A stretch of DNA of 64,000 bases from an uncultured delta proteobacterium. GTDB lineage: Bacteria; Myxococcota_A; Polyangia; Polyangiales; Polyangiaceae. Both the position numbers and the translations under genes were made by a program. The stretch spans positions 5,280,001-5,344,000 of the forward strand of contig CAWAIF010000003.1 of the NCBI GenBank assembly GCA_963782055.1, given 5' to 3'. Below, in pieces: positions 1 to 9,724 of this stretch. The notes beneath the pieces are model-generated. The model saw only the letters and a program-made list of their open reading frames with translations. It was not told the DNA's origin and searched no databases. Position 1 is the first letter of the stretch, and each line of letters starts with the position of its first letter.

Positions 1-486
1 GTGCCCGGCGTCGCCGACGTGCTCGTCACCCACACGCAGGGCGCGAGCGCGGGCATCGACTACGAGGTGGAGATGACCCTCGCGGACGGCAAGGACACCG
101 CCGAGCGGGCCGCCTCGGTGCGCCAGGATGTCGTGCGCGCACTGGCCGAGATGCCCGACCTCCGCGTGATCACCGCCACCGACGACGCCCCGCCGGCCGT
201 GGTGCGGGTCCTCGGACCGGACCTCGACGGCCTCGCCAGGACCGCGGCCAGCCTCGAGGCGGTGCTCTCGCGCCAGCCCGGCGTCCGCGGCGTGCTCGTC
301 CTCGACGGGCGCGAGGCGCCGGAGCTGAGCGCCACCGTGGACCGCGCCGCGGCCGCGCGCCTCGGCGTGCTGCCGGCCGACGCGGACACGCTCGTGCGGA
401 TCGCGATGCATGGCCGCGACGTCGGCGACGTGGTCTCCGGCGCGCGACGGCGCCCGGTGCGCGTGCGGACAATCGCGCCGCGGTGA
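1..486 (+). CDS. 3' part of an RND/AcrB-like efflux permease-related protein (5' end outside window)
   Basis: VVRVLGPDLDGLARTA and ELSATVDRAAAARLGV resemble the AcrB/CusA porter and docking subdomains. The ORF stops before any C-terminal TM helices. Confidence 0.5.
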   Translation: MPGVADVLVTHTQGASAGIDYEVEMTLADGKDTAERAASVRQDVVRALAEMPDLRVITATDDAPPAVVRVLGPDLDGLARTAASLEAVLSRQPGVRGVLVLDGREAPELSATVDRAAAARLGVLPADADTLVRIAMHGRDVGDVVSGARRRPVRVRTIAPR

Positions 487-560
487 TGCGCGCGCTGCGG
501 GCGGTGGCGGTCCCGGTCGGCCAGAGGGTGGCGTGGGCGGACGGTTCCTGAGTACCCTCA

Positions 561-1187
561 ATGGCGATGACCGACATCCGCCTCGTCGAGCCCAGGGACA
601 CCGGCGTCGTCGCCGGCGTGCTGGGCCGCGCCTTCGTCGACAACCCGGGCTACCTCGCGTTGCTGGGACACCTCGGCGCCGGGCGGCTGCGCGGCGTCGA
701 GCGCGTGAAGCGCGGCTTCACCGAGGCCGCCGCCCGCCACCAGGAGGCGCACGCCGCGTGGCAGGACGGCAAGATCGTCGGCGCCTCCCTCGTCTCGGGG
801 CCCGGCCACTACCCGCCGGGCGTGCGCGCCAAGGTCTGGCAGGCGACGGGCTGCGTCGCGTGCGGGCCGCGCGCCGTGCGCAACTTTCTCTTCATGGATG
901 CCGCCATGGCGAAGTCGCACGCGCGCATCGCCGGGCGCGGCCCGCACTACTACCTCTTCGTCCTGGGCGTCGCGCCGGAGCGGCAGGGGCGCGGCATCGG
1001 CAAGTCGATGCTCCACCACCTCTCCGCGCGGGCCGACGCGCGAGGCCTCCCCTGCTACCTGGAGACCGACAAGCCCTCCAGCGTGCGGCTCTACGAGAGC
1101 GTCGGCTACGAGGTCGTGGAGGAGAACACGATGGCGCGCTTCGGCGGCCTCAAGATGTGGATGATGCTCCGGCCCCCGAAGGGCTAG
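561..1187 (+). CDS. GNAT family N-acetyltransferase
   Basis: Acetyl-CoA motif LGVAPERQGRGIG, plus CYLET and LYESVGYEVV. Confidence 0.9.
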   Translation: MAMTDIRLVEPRDTGVVAGVLGRAFVDNPGYLALLGHLGAGRLRGVERVKRGFTEAAARHQEAHAAWQDGKIVGASLVSGPGHYPPGVRAKVWQATGCVACGPRAVRNFLFMDAAMAKSHARIAGRGPHYYLFVLGVAPERQGRGIGKSMLHHLSARADARGLPCYLETDKPSSVRLYESVGYEVVEENTMARFGGLKMWMMLRPPKG

Positions 1188-1194
1188 CGCACGG

Positions 1195-2184
1195 TCACCG
1201 CCCGCCGGTCTTGGTGGACCACAGCGCCTTCCCGCTGTCGTAGACGACCACGTTCCCGTCGCTCTGCACGTTCAGGTGCGCGCCGGAGTGGCCGCTGGTG
1301 CCGGACGCCCACACCGCGTTGCCGGTCTTGGAGTACACGACCGCGTTGCCGTCCTTCTGCATCCACATGACGTACCCGCGGCCGTAGGTGTTGCTCGCCC
1401 AGATGGCGCCGTGGCCCTTCTGGTAGAGCACCAGGTTGCCGTCGGTCTGCATGTCGAGGTGGAAGCGCCCATCGCACGAGGCCATGCCCTTGCCCGCGGC
1501 GAGGCCGTGGCCGCCGGTGATGGAGTCGCAGCTCGCGGTCGGCGCGGGCGGCACCGGCTCCGGCTTCGGCTGGGCGTTGGTGATGCCCTTGAAGCGGATC
1601 GCCGTGAAGCTCATCCCGTTGTAGTAGACGTGGATCGAGCTCCCCGAGATGGATACGTCGGAGGTGATCTCGTGCGCGTACGGCGTGGCCGAGCTGCAGC
1701 CGGGCTCCTCGATGAACACCGCGCGCTTGTTCTTGACCGTCCACTTCTTGAACAGCATCACGTGGTCGCTGTTGTTCACCGCGTCGCCTGCCTGCAGCGA
1801 GGACGCCTGGATCGCGTGCGTGATGTCCGTCTGGTACGGCGCGAAGCCGTAGGTCGTGCGGCCGGGCGCGGGCAGCTTCCACGCCCAGGACACCAGGCCG
1901 GAGCAGTCGGACCGGTACGGGTCCCACGCCTTGTTGTTCTGCCGCGAGCAGTACATCGAGCAGGCGCTGTCGTAGTCGCGCTGGTGGTTGGGCGCCTGGC
2001 AGTAGTGCAGCTTCGCCCCGACCCACTGCTCGGCGCGCGAGACCGCCGCCGCGCGCGCGAGCTCTCCGTCGGCGTCGGTCGCGGTGTCCTCGGTGGCCAC
2101 CGTGCACCCGGCGCCCGCGACGGAGCAGAGGGCCCCACCCAGCACCACGCCCAGGATCGTCTTGCGGAGAGCGACTGTGATCAT
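1195..2184 (-). CDS. Secreted NlpC/P60-like cysteine hydrolase fused to a bulb-type (mannose-binding) lectin domain
   Basis: Signal/lipobox-like N-terminus (AGAGC). YRSDCSGLVSWAW and HVMLF catalytic motifs. Three QxDGNxVxY lectin repeats at the C-terminus. ATG 2184 follows a G-rich RBS. Confidence 0.8.
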   Translation of the reverse strand: MITVALRKTILGVVLGGALCSVAGAGCTVATEDTATDADGELARAAAVSRAEQWVGAKLHYCQAPNHQRDYDSACSMYCSRQNNKAWDPYRSDCSGLVSWAWKLPAPGRTTYGFAPYQTDITHAIQASSLQAGDAVNNSDHVMLFKKWTVKNKRAVFIEEPGCSSATPYAHEITSDVSISGSSIHVYYNGMSFTAIRFKGITNAQPKPEPVPPAPTASCDSITGGHGLAAGKGMASCDGRFHLDMQTDGNLVLYQKGHGAIWASNTYGRGYVMWMQKDGNAVVYSKTGNAVWASGTSGHSGAHLNVQSDGNVVVYDSGKALWSTKTGGR

Positions 2185-2375
2185 GTCCCCCCCCCTACGC
2201 AAGCGATGTGCCGCGAGGTAGGATACGCCGTATCGGGCTGAAATCCGCCACTTCGTGGGGACGCGGGCGACGCGGAGGTGGATCCGCGACGGACCAACTC
2301 GGATCCGCGAAGGGCCATCGCGACGCAGCGCGATCGACCTTCGGTCGCCGTGCGCTTCGTAGTAAGCCACCACTC

Positions 2376-3368
2376 GTGATCCTCGCCGGCGACATCGGAG
2401 GCACGCACGCGCGACTGGCCCTGTTCAGCCCGGACGGCACGCGCTGCGTCGAAGAGACGAGCTACTCCAGCCGCCGGCGGCCCGGCCTGGAGCCCATCGT
2501 GAAGGAGTTCCTCGCCGGCAAGCGCGCGCGCATCCACGCCGCGTGCTTCGGCGTGGCGGGTCCGGTGATCGACGGCCGCTGCATCACCACCAACCTGCCG
2601 TGGGTGGTCGACTCGCGCCGCCTCGCGCGCGTGCTCGACCTGCCGCGCGTCGGGCTGCTCAACGATCTGGTCGCGCTCGCGCTCGGCGCGGTTCGCGCCC
2701 CCGCGTCGAAGCTGCGCCCCCTGCGCGGCAAGGCGCGCCCCCGACGCCGCGGCGCGAACGTCGCGGTGATCGCCGCGGGCACCGGCCTCGGCGAGGCCGC
2801 GCTGGTCTGGGACGGCGAGCGCCACGTCCCGCTCGCGACCGAGGGCAGCCACGTCGACTTCGCCCCGCGCGATGCCCTGGAGACCGAGCTGCTGGACTAC
2901 GCACGGCGGCGCATCGGCGGCCGCGTCAGCTACGAGCGCTTCGCCTCCGGCCCGGGCCTCGGCCTGCTCTACGATTTCCTGCGCGAGGCCCGCGGCGCGC
3001 GCGAGCGGAAGCGCATGGCGGACGCCATCGACGCCGCCAAGGATCGCAACGCCGAGATCGCCCGCCTCGGCACCAGCGGCGAGAGCGCGGTCGCCTCGCG
3101 CGCGCTGGACCTCTTCGCGAGCATCTACGGCGCGGAGGCCGGCAACCTCGCGCTGAAGACGCTGAGCGTCGGCGGCGTGTTCGTGGCCGGCAACGTCGCC
3201 AACCAGCTCTTCGAGAGGCTCGCCGCTGGCGGCTTCATGGCCGCCTTCCTGGACAAGGGCCGCATGCGCAAGCTGCTCGCCGGCGTACCGGTGGCCGTCG
3301 TGCGCGGCACCGAGCTCGGGCTGCAGGGCAGCGCGGCGTGGGCCGCGCGCTCACGCCGCGTCAGGTAG
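2376..3368 (+). CDS. glk: Glucokinase
   Basis: ILAGDIGGTHARLA, FGVAGPV, LLND, AAGTGLG, TEGSHVDF, SYER motifs. GTG start 2376. Confidence 0.93.
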   Translation: MILAGDIGGTHARLALFSPDGTRCVEETSYSSRRRPGLEPIVKEFLAGKRARIHAACFGVAGPVIDGRCITTNLPWVVDSRRLARVLDLPRVGLLNDLVALALGAVRAPASKLRPLRGKARPRRRGANVAVIAAGTGLGEAALVWDGERHVPLATEGSHVDFAPRDALETELLDYARRRIGGRVSYERFASGPGLGLLYDFLREARGARERKRMADAIDAAKDRNAEIARLGTSGESAVASRALDLFASIYGAEAGNLALKTLSVGGVFVAGNVANQLFERLAAGGFMAAFLDKGRMRKLLAGVPVAVVRGTELGLQGSAAWAARSRRVR

Positions 3369-3861
3369 ATTTCTTGAACAGCCCGAGGAACCGCGCGATG
3401 AGCCCGGGGGAGAAGTTCACCTCGCCCATCTTGGCGAGCTCCTCCTGGGCCTTGGCCTTCTCCGCGTCGCCCACGGCCTGCATGCGGGTGCCGATGGCCA
3501 TGATGGTCTCCACCTCGCCCTTGTCGAGCCAGATGCCGCCGCACTTGCCGCAGCGGTCGATCTCCACCTTGTCGCTCCCCTCGCTGATGTCCTGAAGGAG
3601 CATCTTCGCGCCGCAGCGCGCGCACTGGATGGTGCTCTCGCGCACCGGCCCGGCGGTCTCGTCGCGGTCCCAGTTGGACGGGTCGGCCTTGATACCGAAC
3701 GCGCCGAACATCTCGCCGGCGTCGAAGAACTGCCCGCCGCACTTGCCGCACACGTCGAGGACGGCGTCACCCTCGTGGTGCTCCTTCATGACCGTGCCGT
3801 CGCGCGGACAGTCCAGGACCTTGTTGTGCAGGTGCATGTTGCCGATCGCGCTGCGTGCCAT
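3361..3861 (-). CDS. Protein with two zf-TFIIB-like zinc ribbons
   Basis: CPRD...DVCGKCGGQFFDAGE and CARC...DRCGKCGGIWLDKGE. Confidence 0.8.
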   Translation of the reverse strand: MARSAIGNMHLHNKVLDCPRDGTVMKEHHEGDAVLDVCGKCGGQFFDAGEMFGAFGIKADPSNWDRDETAGPVRESTIQCARCGAKMLLQDISEGSDKVEIDRCGKCGGIWLDKGEVETIMAIGTRMQAVGDAEKAKAQEELAKMGEVNFSPGLIARFLGLFKKST

Positions 3862-3979
3862 GCGATGCCTCCGGGTGAGTGGAGCTCCAGAGCATCGCGG
3901 CGCGAACGGATGAGGTCAACAGGCAGCCTCGGCATCGCGCCGGCCCTGCGACTTTCTCCAGTGGAGGGGGATGGGACGG

Positions 3980-4093
3980 CTAGTGCGCGTGGCGTTCGCG
4001 GGCGATGGTGCGAAGCTCCATCCAGCCGCTGATGACGATCACGGCGACGAAGAACATTCCGAATCCGATGGCGGCGAGTGGTGCAGAAATCAT
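3980..4093 (-). CDS. 37-aa single-TM small protein (absent from the ORF track)
   Basis: GGAGA RBS, then MISAPLAAIGFGMFFVAVIVISGWMELRTIARERHAH*. Hydrophobic helix with a basic tail; sigma54 motif upstream. Confidence 0.6.
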   Translation of the reverse strand: MISAPLAAIGFGMFFVAVIVISGWMELRTIARERHAH

Positions 4094-4120
4094 GGATGGG
4101 TCTCCTCGGGAGATCCCATG

Positions 4121-4136
4121 TGCAAGGCGAGTGCCG
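4121..4136 (-). promoter_or_regulatory. Sigma54 (-24/-12) promoter for the small TM protein
   Basis: Minus strand CGGCACTCGCCTTGCA fits GG-N10-GC / YGGCAC-N5-TTGC. Confidence 0.65.
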
Positions 4137-4299
4137 CCGGCGTCGCCCGCGATTTCGGGGAAATCACGGCAAACCCGCGGGGCTCGAGATGCACATCCTG
4201 CACGGGCGGCGAAAGACCTTCGGCTCGTGCGCGGCCGCGCGCACGCCGTTCATCGCAGTATTCTGCGGGTCCGGCTCACGTCCTCTCGCCCCCGTCTTC

Positions 4300-4986
4300 T
4301 CACGTCCCCTGCGCGAAGTGGTGGGGCAGCGGGCAGGAGTGGCGGCCGGTCTTCTCGTCGTACTGCTGGTGGTAGCCCTCCGCCTTCCAGAAGACGCCGA
4401 TGGGGGCGATGGCGGTGGTGATGGGGCGGTCGTAGTGCTTCTGCTCGGCCGCCATCGACGTGCGTGCCTCGGCCGCCTGCCCGGCGGAGAACGTCCAGAT
4501 GGCGCTGCGGTACTGGTCGCCCACGTCCGGTCCTTGCCGGTCGAGCGTCGTCGGATCGTGGGTGTCCCAGAAGGTGGACAGGAGCTTGGCGTAGGTGACC
4601 TTCTTCGGGTCGAACTCGACGAGGACCGTCTCGGCGTGGCCGGTCGTGTGGGTGCAGACGTCCTCGTAGCTCGGGTCGCGGGTGTGGCCGCCGGTGTAGC
4701 CGACGGCGGTGGCGACCACGCCGGGCACGTGACGGAAGGTGTCCTCCGAGCCCCAGAAGCAGCCCTCCGAGAAGGCGGCGAGCTCGTCGCCGGGCGCGGG
4801 CGTGAGCGGCGTGCCGCGCCCGACGTGGCCGGGCTCGGTGCCGACATGCGCCAGCGCCGCCGGCGCGGAGGGCGCGGGCGGCGGGGGCGAGGCGGACGGC
4901 GCGACCGTATCGGCGACGGCGGTCGAGCCCTGGTGGCAGCCGAACAGCAGGAGGGCGAGGGCGGGGAGCAGGGTGGCGCGGAGCAT
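4300..4986 (-). CDS. msrA: Peptide-methionine (S)-S-oxide reductase with lipoprotein signal
   Basis: GCFWG, VGYTGG, TGHAE, HDPT, QGPDVGDQYRS, AEGYHQQY. N-terminal LLLFGC lipobox. Confidence 0.95.
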   Translation of the reverse strand: MLRATLLPALALLLFGCHQGSTAVADTVAPSASPPPPAPSAPAALAHVGTEPGHVGRGTPLTPAPGDELAAFSEGCFWGSEDTFRHVPGVVATAVGYTGGHTRDPSYEDVCTHTTGHAETVLVEFDPKKVTYAKLLSTFWDTHDPTTLDRQGPDVGDQYRSAIWTFSAGQAAEARTSMAAEQKHYDRPITTAIAPIGVFWKAEGYHQQYDEKTGRHSCPLPHHFAQGT

Positions 4987-5027
4987 CTCGAGGGAGGGTA
5001 CGCCGCGCCCCCTGTCCTGGTTTCGCG

Positions 5028-6344
5028 CTACTTGGCGGTCGGGTCCATCACCCGGCCGACGAAGAGCACGGTGTTCGTGGGGATGTCGCGGATGGCGAAG
5101 AGGAAGGGACGGTTGACGTCCACCGTGACCTCCTTCGCCGGCGCCGCCGTGCCCAGCCCGATGACCGCGGTCGCCGCGGCGGCCTCGGTGCCCTTCTCGT
5201 CCACGCTGACGAAGGCCTGGTGCAGCACGTCGCCGAGCCAGAAGTTGCCCTGGTCGGAGGAGAGCATCGAGGTGAAGTCCGCCTTGCCGGCGTCGAAGGC
5301 ATCCACCATCCCCAGGGCGATGAGCTGCTTGCGCAGGCTGATGGTCGGGCCGTGCACCTGGAACTTGGGCAGGCTCAGGTTGACGCCCGCGGTCTGCAGC
5401 CCGCCGAACACCGACATCAGGAAGTCGCCGGAGAGCTCGCCCTCCACCTTCTGCATCTGACCGTCCTTCGGCAGGATCACCACCATCGAGGTCTCGTTGC
5501 CCGCGTAGGGGATCTCGACGGCCTGGTAGTCGGTGCCCTCGGCGTAGTTGCCCTCGAGGTACTCGCCCATCTCGTCGGCCTGCACCGTGGTGCCGTCACC
5601 GCGGGTGAAGGTCGCCGGGTGCGTGCTCTGGGCGTCGAAGGGCGTCGACCAGCCGGCGCTGAAGTAGATGGCGTTCACCAGCACGAAGCGCGTGTCTGCG
5701 GTGATGGTGCCGGAGGGGAGCAGCTCGGGGATCTTCTGGCTGGTGGCGTCGTTCACCCAGCCGTTGATGGCCTGGCGCGACTTGTCCGGCGTCGCCTGGA
5801 AGTCGGTCACGCGCACGCCCGCGCCGTAGTCGACCGCGAGGGTGTCGAGGAAGGGGTTCTGGAAGGTGATGGAGCGATCGCCCCACAGGGAGTCCGCCAC
5901 GTCGAGGTGGAAGGCCTTGTCGCCGTCGCCGGCCTGGCCGTGCGCGCGGCTCGCCAGGGCGAGGTCGACGGCGTCGAAGGCGGCGTGCAGCCGGTCGGCC
6001 GGCAGCGTGAAGTGCATCGCCTGGGCGATCTGGTCGGCGGTCTTGCCGTGCGCGCCCGCGTACGTCATCGCCAGCGCGAGCGACACGCTGTAGGGCGAGT
6101 AGAAGACGTTGCTCGTCTCGTCCTGGACCACGCCCTTGTAGAGGTCGGTGGCGAAGCTGGCGTCGTCGGTGGCGAGCTGCGCCGCGTCCTGCGACGTCAC
6201 CTGCGGGGCGGTGTCGCGTGGCATGTCCGACTGCACGAGGTCGAAGTCCTGCGAGCCGGTGGCGCTCCCACCGCACGCGACGGCGAGCAGGGAGGCGAGG
6301 GCGGCGACGGGGAGGGCGGGAAGAACGAGTGAGCGCATCATCAT
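5028..6344 (-). CDS. Serpin-family lipoprotein
   Basis: NVFYSPYSVS, INGWVNDAT, VLVNAIYF, hinge VDEKGTEAAAAT, VNRPFLFAIRD. LAVAC lipobox. Confidence 0.93.
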   Translation of the reverse strand: MMMRSLVLPALPVAALASLLAVACGGSATGSQDFDLVQSDMPRDTAPQVTSQDAAQLATDDASFATDLYKGVVQDETSNVFYSPYSVSLALAMTYAGAHGKTADQIAQAMHFTLPADRLHAAFDAVDLALASRAHGQAGDGDKAFHLDVADSLWGDRSITFQNPFLDTLAVDYGAGVRVTDFQATPDKSRQAINGWVNDATSQKIPELLPSGTITADTRFVLVNAIYFSAGWSTPFDAQSTHPATFTRGDGTTVQADEMGEYLEGNYAEGTDYQAVEIPYAGNETSMVVILPKDGQMQKVEGELSGDFLMSVFGGLQTAGVNLSLPKFQVHGPTISLRKQLIALGMVDAFDAGKADFTSMLSSDQGNFWLGDVLHQAFVSVDEKGTEAAAATAVIGLGTAAPAKEVTVDVNRPFLFAIRDIPTNTVLFVGRVMDPTAK

Positions 6345-6384
6345 CTCCGGACGGAAGGGGTTCTCGTGGTGTGCCAGGACCCTT

Positions 6385-6400
6385 TGCACACACAGTGCCA
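6385..6400 (-). promoter_or_regulatory. Probable sigma54 promoter of the serpin gene
   Basis: Minus strand TGGCACTGTGTGTGCA (GG-N10-GC), about 40 bp upstream of the ATG. Confidence 0.55.
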
Positions 6401-6632
6401 CCCGCCGCAGGCCCATGTTTCAGCCAGAACTTGCGGCGATACCCCGCGGACCACGCCACCTACGCCCCATGTGGCACACATTGGGCCATTCAGTGACGAA
6501 GGAAACGTCCTTCGGCCTGGATTGAAGACCTTCAACCTCACTGCGAAGGCATGAAACAGCCTGGATCGTCGCAACTCGGCCGTGCCACCGGCGGCCGTTG
6601 TTGGTAGGGTCCTCGCGCTTTCGGAGGCCCTC

Positions 6633-7313
6633 ATGAGCGCGAACGACCAGGACAAGTGGCACATCCGGCTCCCCAGCGGGGAGAGCCGCACCGGAACGCT
6701 GGAGCAGCTGGACCAGGCTTTCCAGAGCGGAGCGATCGACGAGAGCACCGAGGTGCGCGCGGACGGCGACGTGGCCTGGACGCGGCTCGGCGTGCTGCTC
6801 GGGCTGGAGCCTGCGAGCACGGCAACGGCCGGCGCGCCTCCAGCGAGCGCCCCGCCGGTGAGCGCCCCGCCGCCGTCGGCGCCGGTGAGCGCGCCGCCGC
6901 CCCCGGTGGTCGCCGACCTGGACGATCTGGACCTGGCGCCGCCCGCCTTCAAGTCCTCCAGGGGCAAGGTGCTCGCGGCGATCGTCGCCGCCGGCGCGGT
7001 CGGCGCGATCGCCATCTCGGTGGCGGTGCTCGGGGCGACGCGCGCGGCAGCTCCTGCGGCCAACGTGGCCGCCGCCGCGGGCGCCGCGCTTCCACCGAAC
7101 GCCAACGCCGCCATCCACGACACCCTCCCGGCGACCGACGACGGGCGGCCCCGCCTCACCGAGGCGCAGAAGAAGGCGCTGCTCGAGGCGGACAAGGAGC
7201 GCGAGCAGAAGGCGGCCGAGCGCCACGCCGCCGCCGCGCCCCATCACTTCAAGTCGAAGAACCCCTTCCACAAGGGCGGCAGCGCGTACAATCCCCTCAA
7301 CGGCAAGCTCTGA
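6633..7313 (+). CDS. Hypothetical bitopic membrane protein (GYF_2-like N-terminus, Pro-rich linker)
   Basis: KWHIRL...QAFQSGAIDESTEV...WTRLG resembles GYF_2. One TM segment. C-terminal YNPLNGKL. Confidence 0.6.
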   Translation: MSANDQDKWHIRLPSGESRTGTLEQLDQAFQSGAIDESTEVRADGDVAWTRLGVLLGLEPASTATAGAPPASAPPVSAPPPSAPVSAPPPPVVADLDDLDLAPPAFKSSRGKVLAAIVAAGAVGAIAISVAVLGATRAAAPAANVAAAAGAALPPNANAAIHDTLPATDDGRPRLTEAQKKALLEADKEREQKAAERHAAAAPHHFKSKNPFHKGGSAYNPLNGKL

Positions 7314-7380
7314 GGGGAGGAGGAACTTCCACGACCGTGATGCGTACCAAGGAGAGGACGCTGTCGTCCCTCCAAGCCGC

Positions 7381-9687
7381 ATGCGCCGCGCCCTGCTCGT
7401 CCTCCTCTGCGCGGGCACCGTCTGCTGTCTCGAGCCGCAACCCGGGCCGGCGGCGGTGACCCCTCCCCCACCGCCCGCCACGGTCGCGGCGGCTGCGCCG
7501 GCCGCGCCCAAGCCGCCCGGCGCCAGCTACCCGCTGCCGCCCAGGCAAGGAGCGCCGTGGGTCGCGCCGGCGACGTCGGTTCCCGCGCCGGTGGTCGCGG
7601 CGACGAAGGCCCTCTTCGGCGAAGGGATGGCCGACCCGCGCGGGTGCGCCTACCGCGAGATCGAGATCGCCGTGGGGGACGTGTGGAGCGGCGGCGGCAA
7701 GCCGATCGCCACGCACGGCTGGGTGCTGCCGGGGGAGGCGTTCGCCGTGGCGTGGAACGGGCTGGTCTACCGCGTCGCCTCGGCCGGCGCGCCCGCCGAC
7801 GTCGGCGTGGACGTGAAGGCCGCGCTGGACGCCGACGCGGAGGCGCGCGCGAAGGAGCAGCGCGACAACCCCGGCTCCGAGTTTCACCGCTTCCCTTCCA
7901 TCGGCGAGGCCGGGAGCGTCTCGGCGACCTCGATGAACATGCTCAAGGTGCCGATGCTGCTGCGCCTCGGAGAAGGTGCCCTGGCCGCCCGCTTCTTGAA
8001 GGCGTACGGCGACGAGCAGCTGGAGAAGCATCCCTACGTCAGCCTCGCGACGCGGTGGGTCTGGGCGCGCTACGACCGCGCGGTGACGGCGCACATGCGC
8101 GGCGACGACGGGCTGGCGCTGGAGAGCCTCCGACCGCTGCCGCGGATCGCGCGCGCCGTCGAGGAGGAGCTCGCGGCGCTGCACGAGGCCCCCGCGCGCC
8201 AGCGCGCAGCCGGCCCCTACCCGCACCTCTCCTTCCTCGCTCACGTGGACGTGCTGCTCGCCGACCAGGAGCGCCGCGCGCGCGCGCCGGAGGCGAAGGT
8301 GGACCTCGCGGCGGTCCAGAAGCTGCCTGAGCCGCAGCGCATCGCCGCGCTGGTCGCGGCGCTCGATCAGGTGAGCGCGCGGCAGTGGGGCCAGCCGGGC
8401 GGCGTGAGCCTGGCGGAGGACCCGATCGTCCGCGCGCTCGTCGCGGAGGGCGAGCCCGCGGTGGAGCCGCTGCTCGCCGTCCTGGAGAAGGACACGCGGC
8501 TCACCCGCTCGGTGCACTTCTGGCGAGACTTCGCGATGCAGCGCTCGGTGCTCGGCGTGCACGAGGCGGCGTACACCGCGCTCGCCACCATCCTGCAGAC
8601 CTCCGCCTTCGAGCCTGCGGCGACGGGCGACGACCTGAGCGCGCGCGGCATGGAAGGCCGCCGGGAGGTCGCCCGCAAGCTGCGCGCCCTCTACGAGAAG
8701 TGGAAGGGCGTGCCGGTGGAGCAGCGGTGGTACCGCACGCTCGCCGACGACTCGGCGAAGCCGGAGGCCTGGCTGGACGCGGCGGAGCGGATCACGCAGC
8801 CGACCAACGTGACGGTGTACCCCTCGAGCATGGTCTTCACGACCAGCGTCACCACGGCCCCCTCGCCGGGCAAGGCTCCGGCGCTGCGCGGCGAGACCCT
8901 CCGCAAGGAGACCGCCCCGAGCGTCTCGTCGCTCATGGCCCGGCGCGCGGCCTCCATGAAGGACGTGGGCCGCTCCTGCGCGATGGCGCTCGACCTCGCC
9001 CGCTGGGACGCACACGCCGCGCTGCCCACCCTCGCGCGGGAGACGCGGCGGGCGGTGGCCGCCTCCAGGGGTCCGGGCAAGATCGACTTCGGCGCGTGCA
9101 TCGCCGCGCTCTCCGACGCGCGCGCCGACGCGAAGGACGCCTCCGCCCTCGCCGACTACGCGCGGTGGGTGGTGACCACCACGCCGAGGGGCGATCTCGG
9201 CGGCGTGACGCGCTTCTTCGAGCCGATGTGGCTCCACCCGAGCGATCCCGCCATCGTGCGCGCCGCCGGTGTCGTCTTCGGCCCGCACTCCGCCTGGCTG
9301 CCGATCGTCCCGACGCACGCGGTGACGCAGGGCGACGCGTACGAGAAGGTCGACCTCCTGGAGTCGCGCCTGCTGGAGGTGCCCGCCTTCCGCCGCTACG
9401 TGCTGGGCGAGCTGGGCAACAGGACGCAGGCGGGGACGGTGCGCATGAAGTCGGGCGGGGGCATCTCGGTGGACATGATCGCGGGGTGGTCGACGGGCAC
9501 GAGCGCCGAGAAGGGCGACCCGCTCACTCCGCCGGAGGGCACCGAGTATCCGGTCCGCGTGTGCGACTACGTCGCGTGGATCCTCTCGTCCCGCCAGGGC
9601 GCGCCGCGCTTCCAGCTCTACTGGCCGAAGGACGCGCGCGACGCCGCGCTCGGGGCGACCGCCGGCTACCTGCGGGCCATCAAGTGA
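7381..9687 (+). CDS. Hypothetical secreted/lipoprotein, 768 aa
   Basis: Long ORF with host-like GC3 codon bias, signal peptide and Pro/Ala linker. No family recognised. Confidence 0.75.
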   Translation: MRRALLVLLCAGTVCCLEPQPGPAAVTPPPPPATVAAAAPAAPKPPGASYPLPPRQGAPWVAPATSVPAPVVAATKALFGEGMADPRGCAYREIEIAVGDVWSGGGKPIATHGWVLPGEAFAVAWNGLVYRVASAGAPADVGVDVKAALDADAEARAKEQRDNPGSEFHRFPSIGEAGSVSATSMNMLKVPMLLRLGEGALAARFLKAYGDEQLEKHPYVSLATRWVWARYDRAVTAHMRGDDGLALESLRPLPRIARAVEEELAALHEAPARQRAAGPYPHLSFLAHVDVLLADQERRARAPEAKVDLAAVQKLPEPQRIAALVAALDQVSARQWGQPGGVSLAEDPIVRALVAEGEPAVEPLLAVLEKDTRLTRSVHFWRDFAMQRSVLGVHEAAYTALATILQTSAFEPAATGDDLSARGMEGRREVARKLRALYEKWKGVPVEQRWYRTLADDSAKPEAWLDAAERITQPTNVTVYPSSMVFTTSVTTAPSPGKAPALRGETLRKETAPSVSSLMARRAASMKDVGRSCAMALDLARWDAHAALPTLARETRRAVAASRGPGKIDFGACIAALSDARADAKDASALADYARWVVTTTPRGDLGGVTRFFEPMWLHPSDPAIVRAAGVVFGPHSAWLPIVPTHAVTQGDAYEKVDLLESRLLEVPAFRRYVLGELGNRTQAGTVRMKSGGGISVDMIAGWSTGTSAEKGDPLTPPEGTEYPVRVCDYVAWILSSRQGAPRFQLYWPKDARDAALGATAGYLRAIK

Positions 9688-9724
9688 CGCGTCACGCCGG
9701 CCGGACGCGCAGCGCGCGCCCGCG

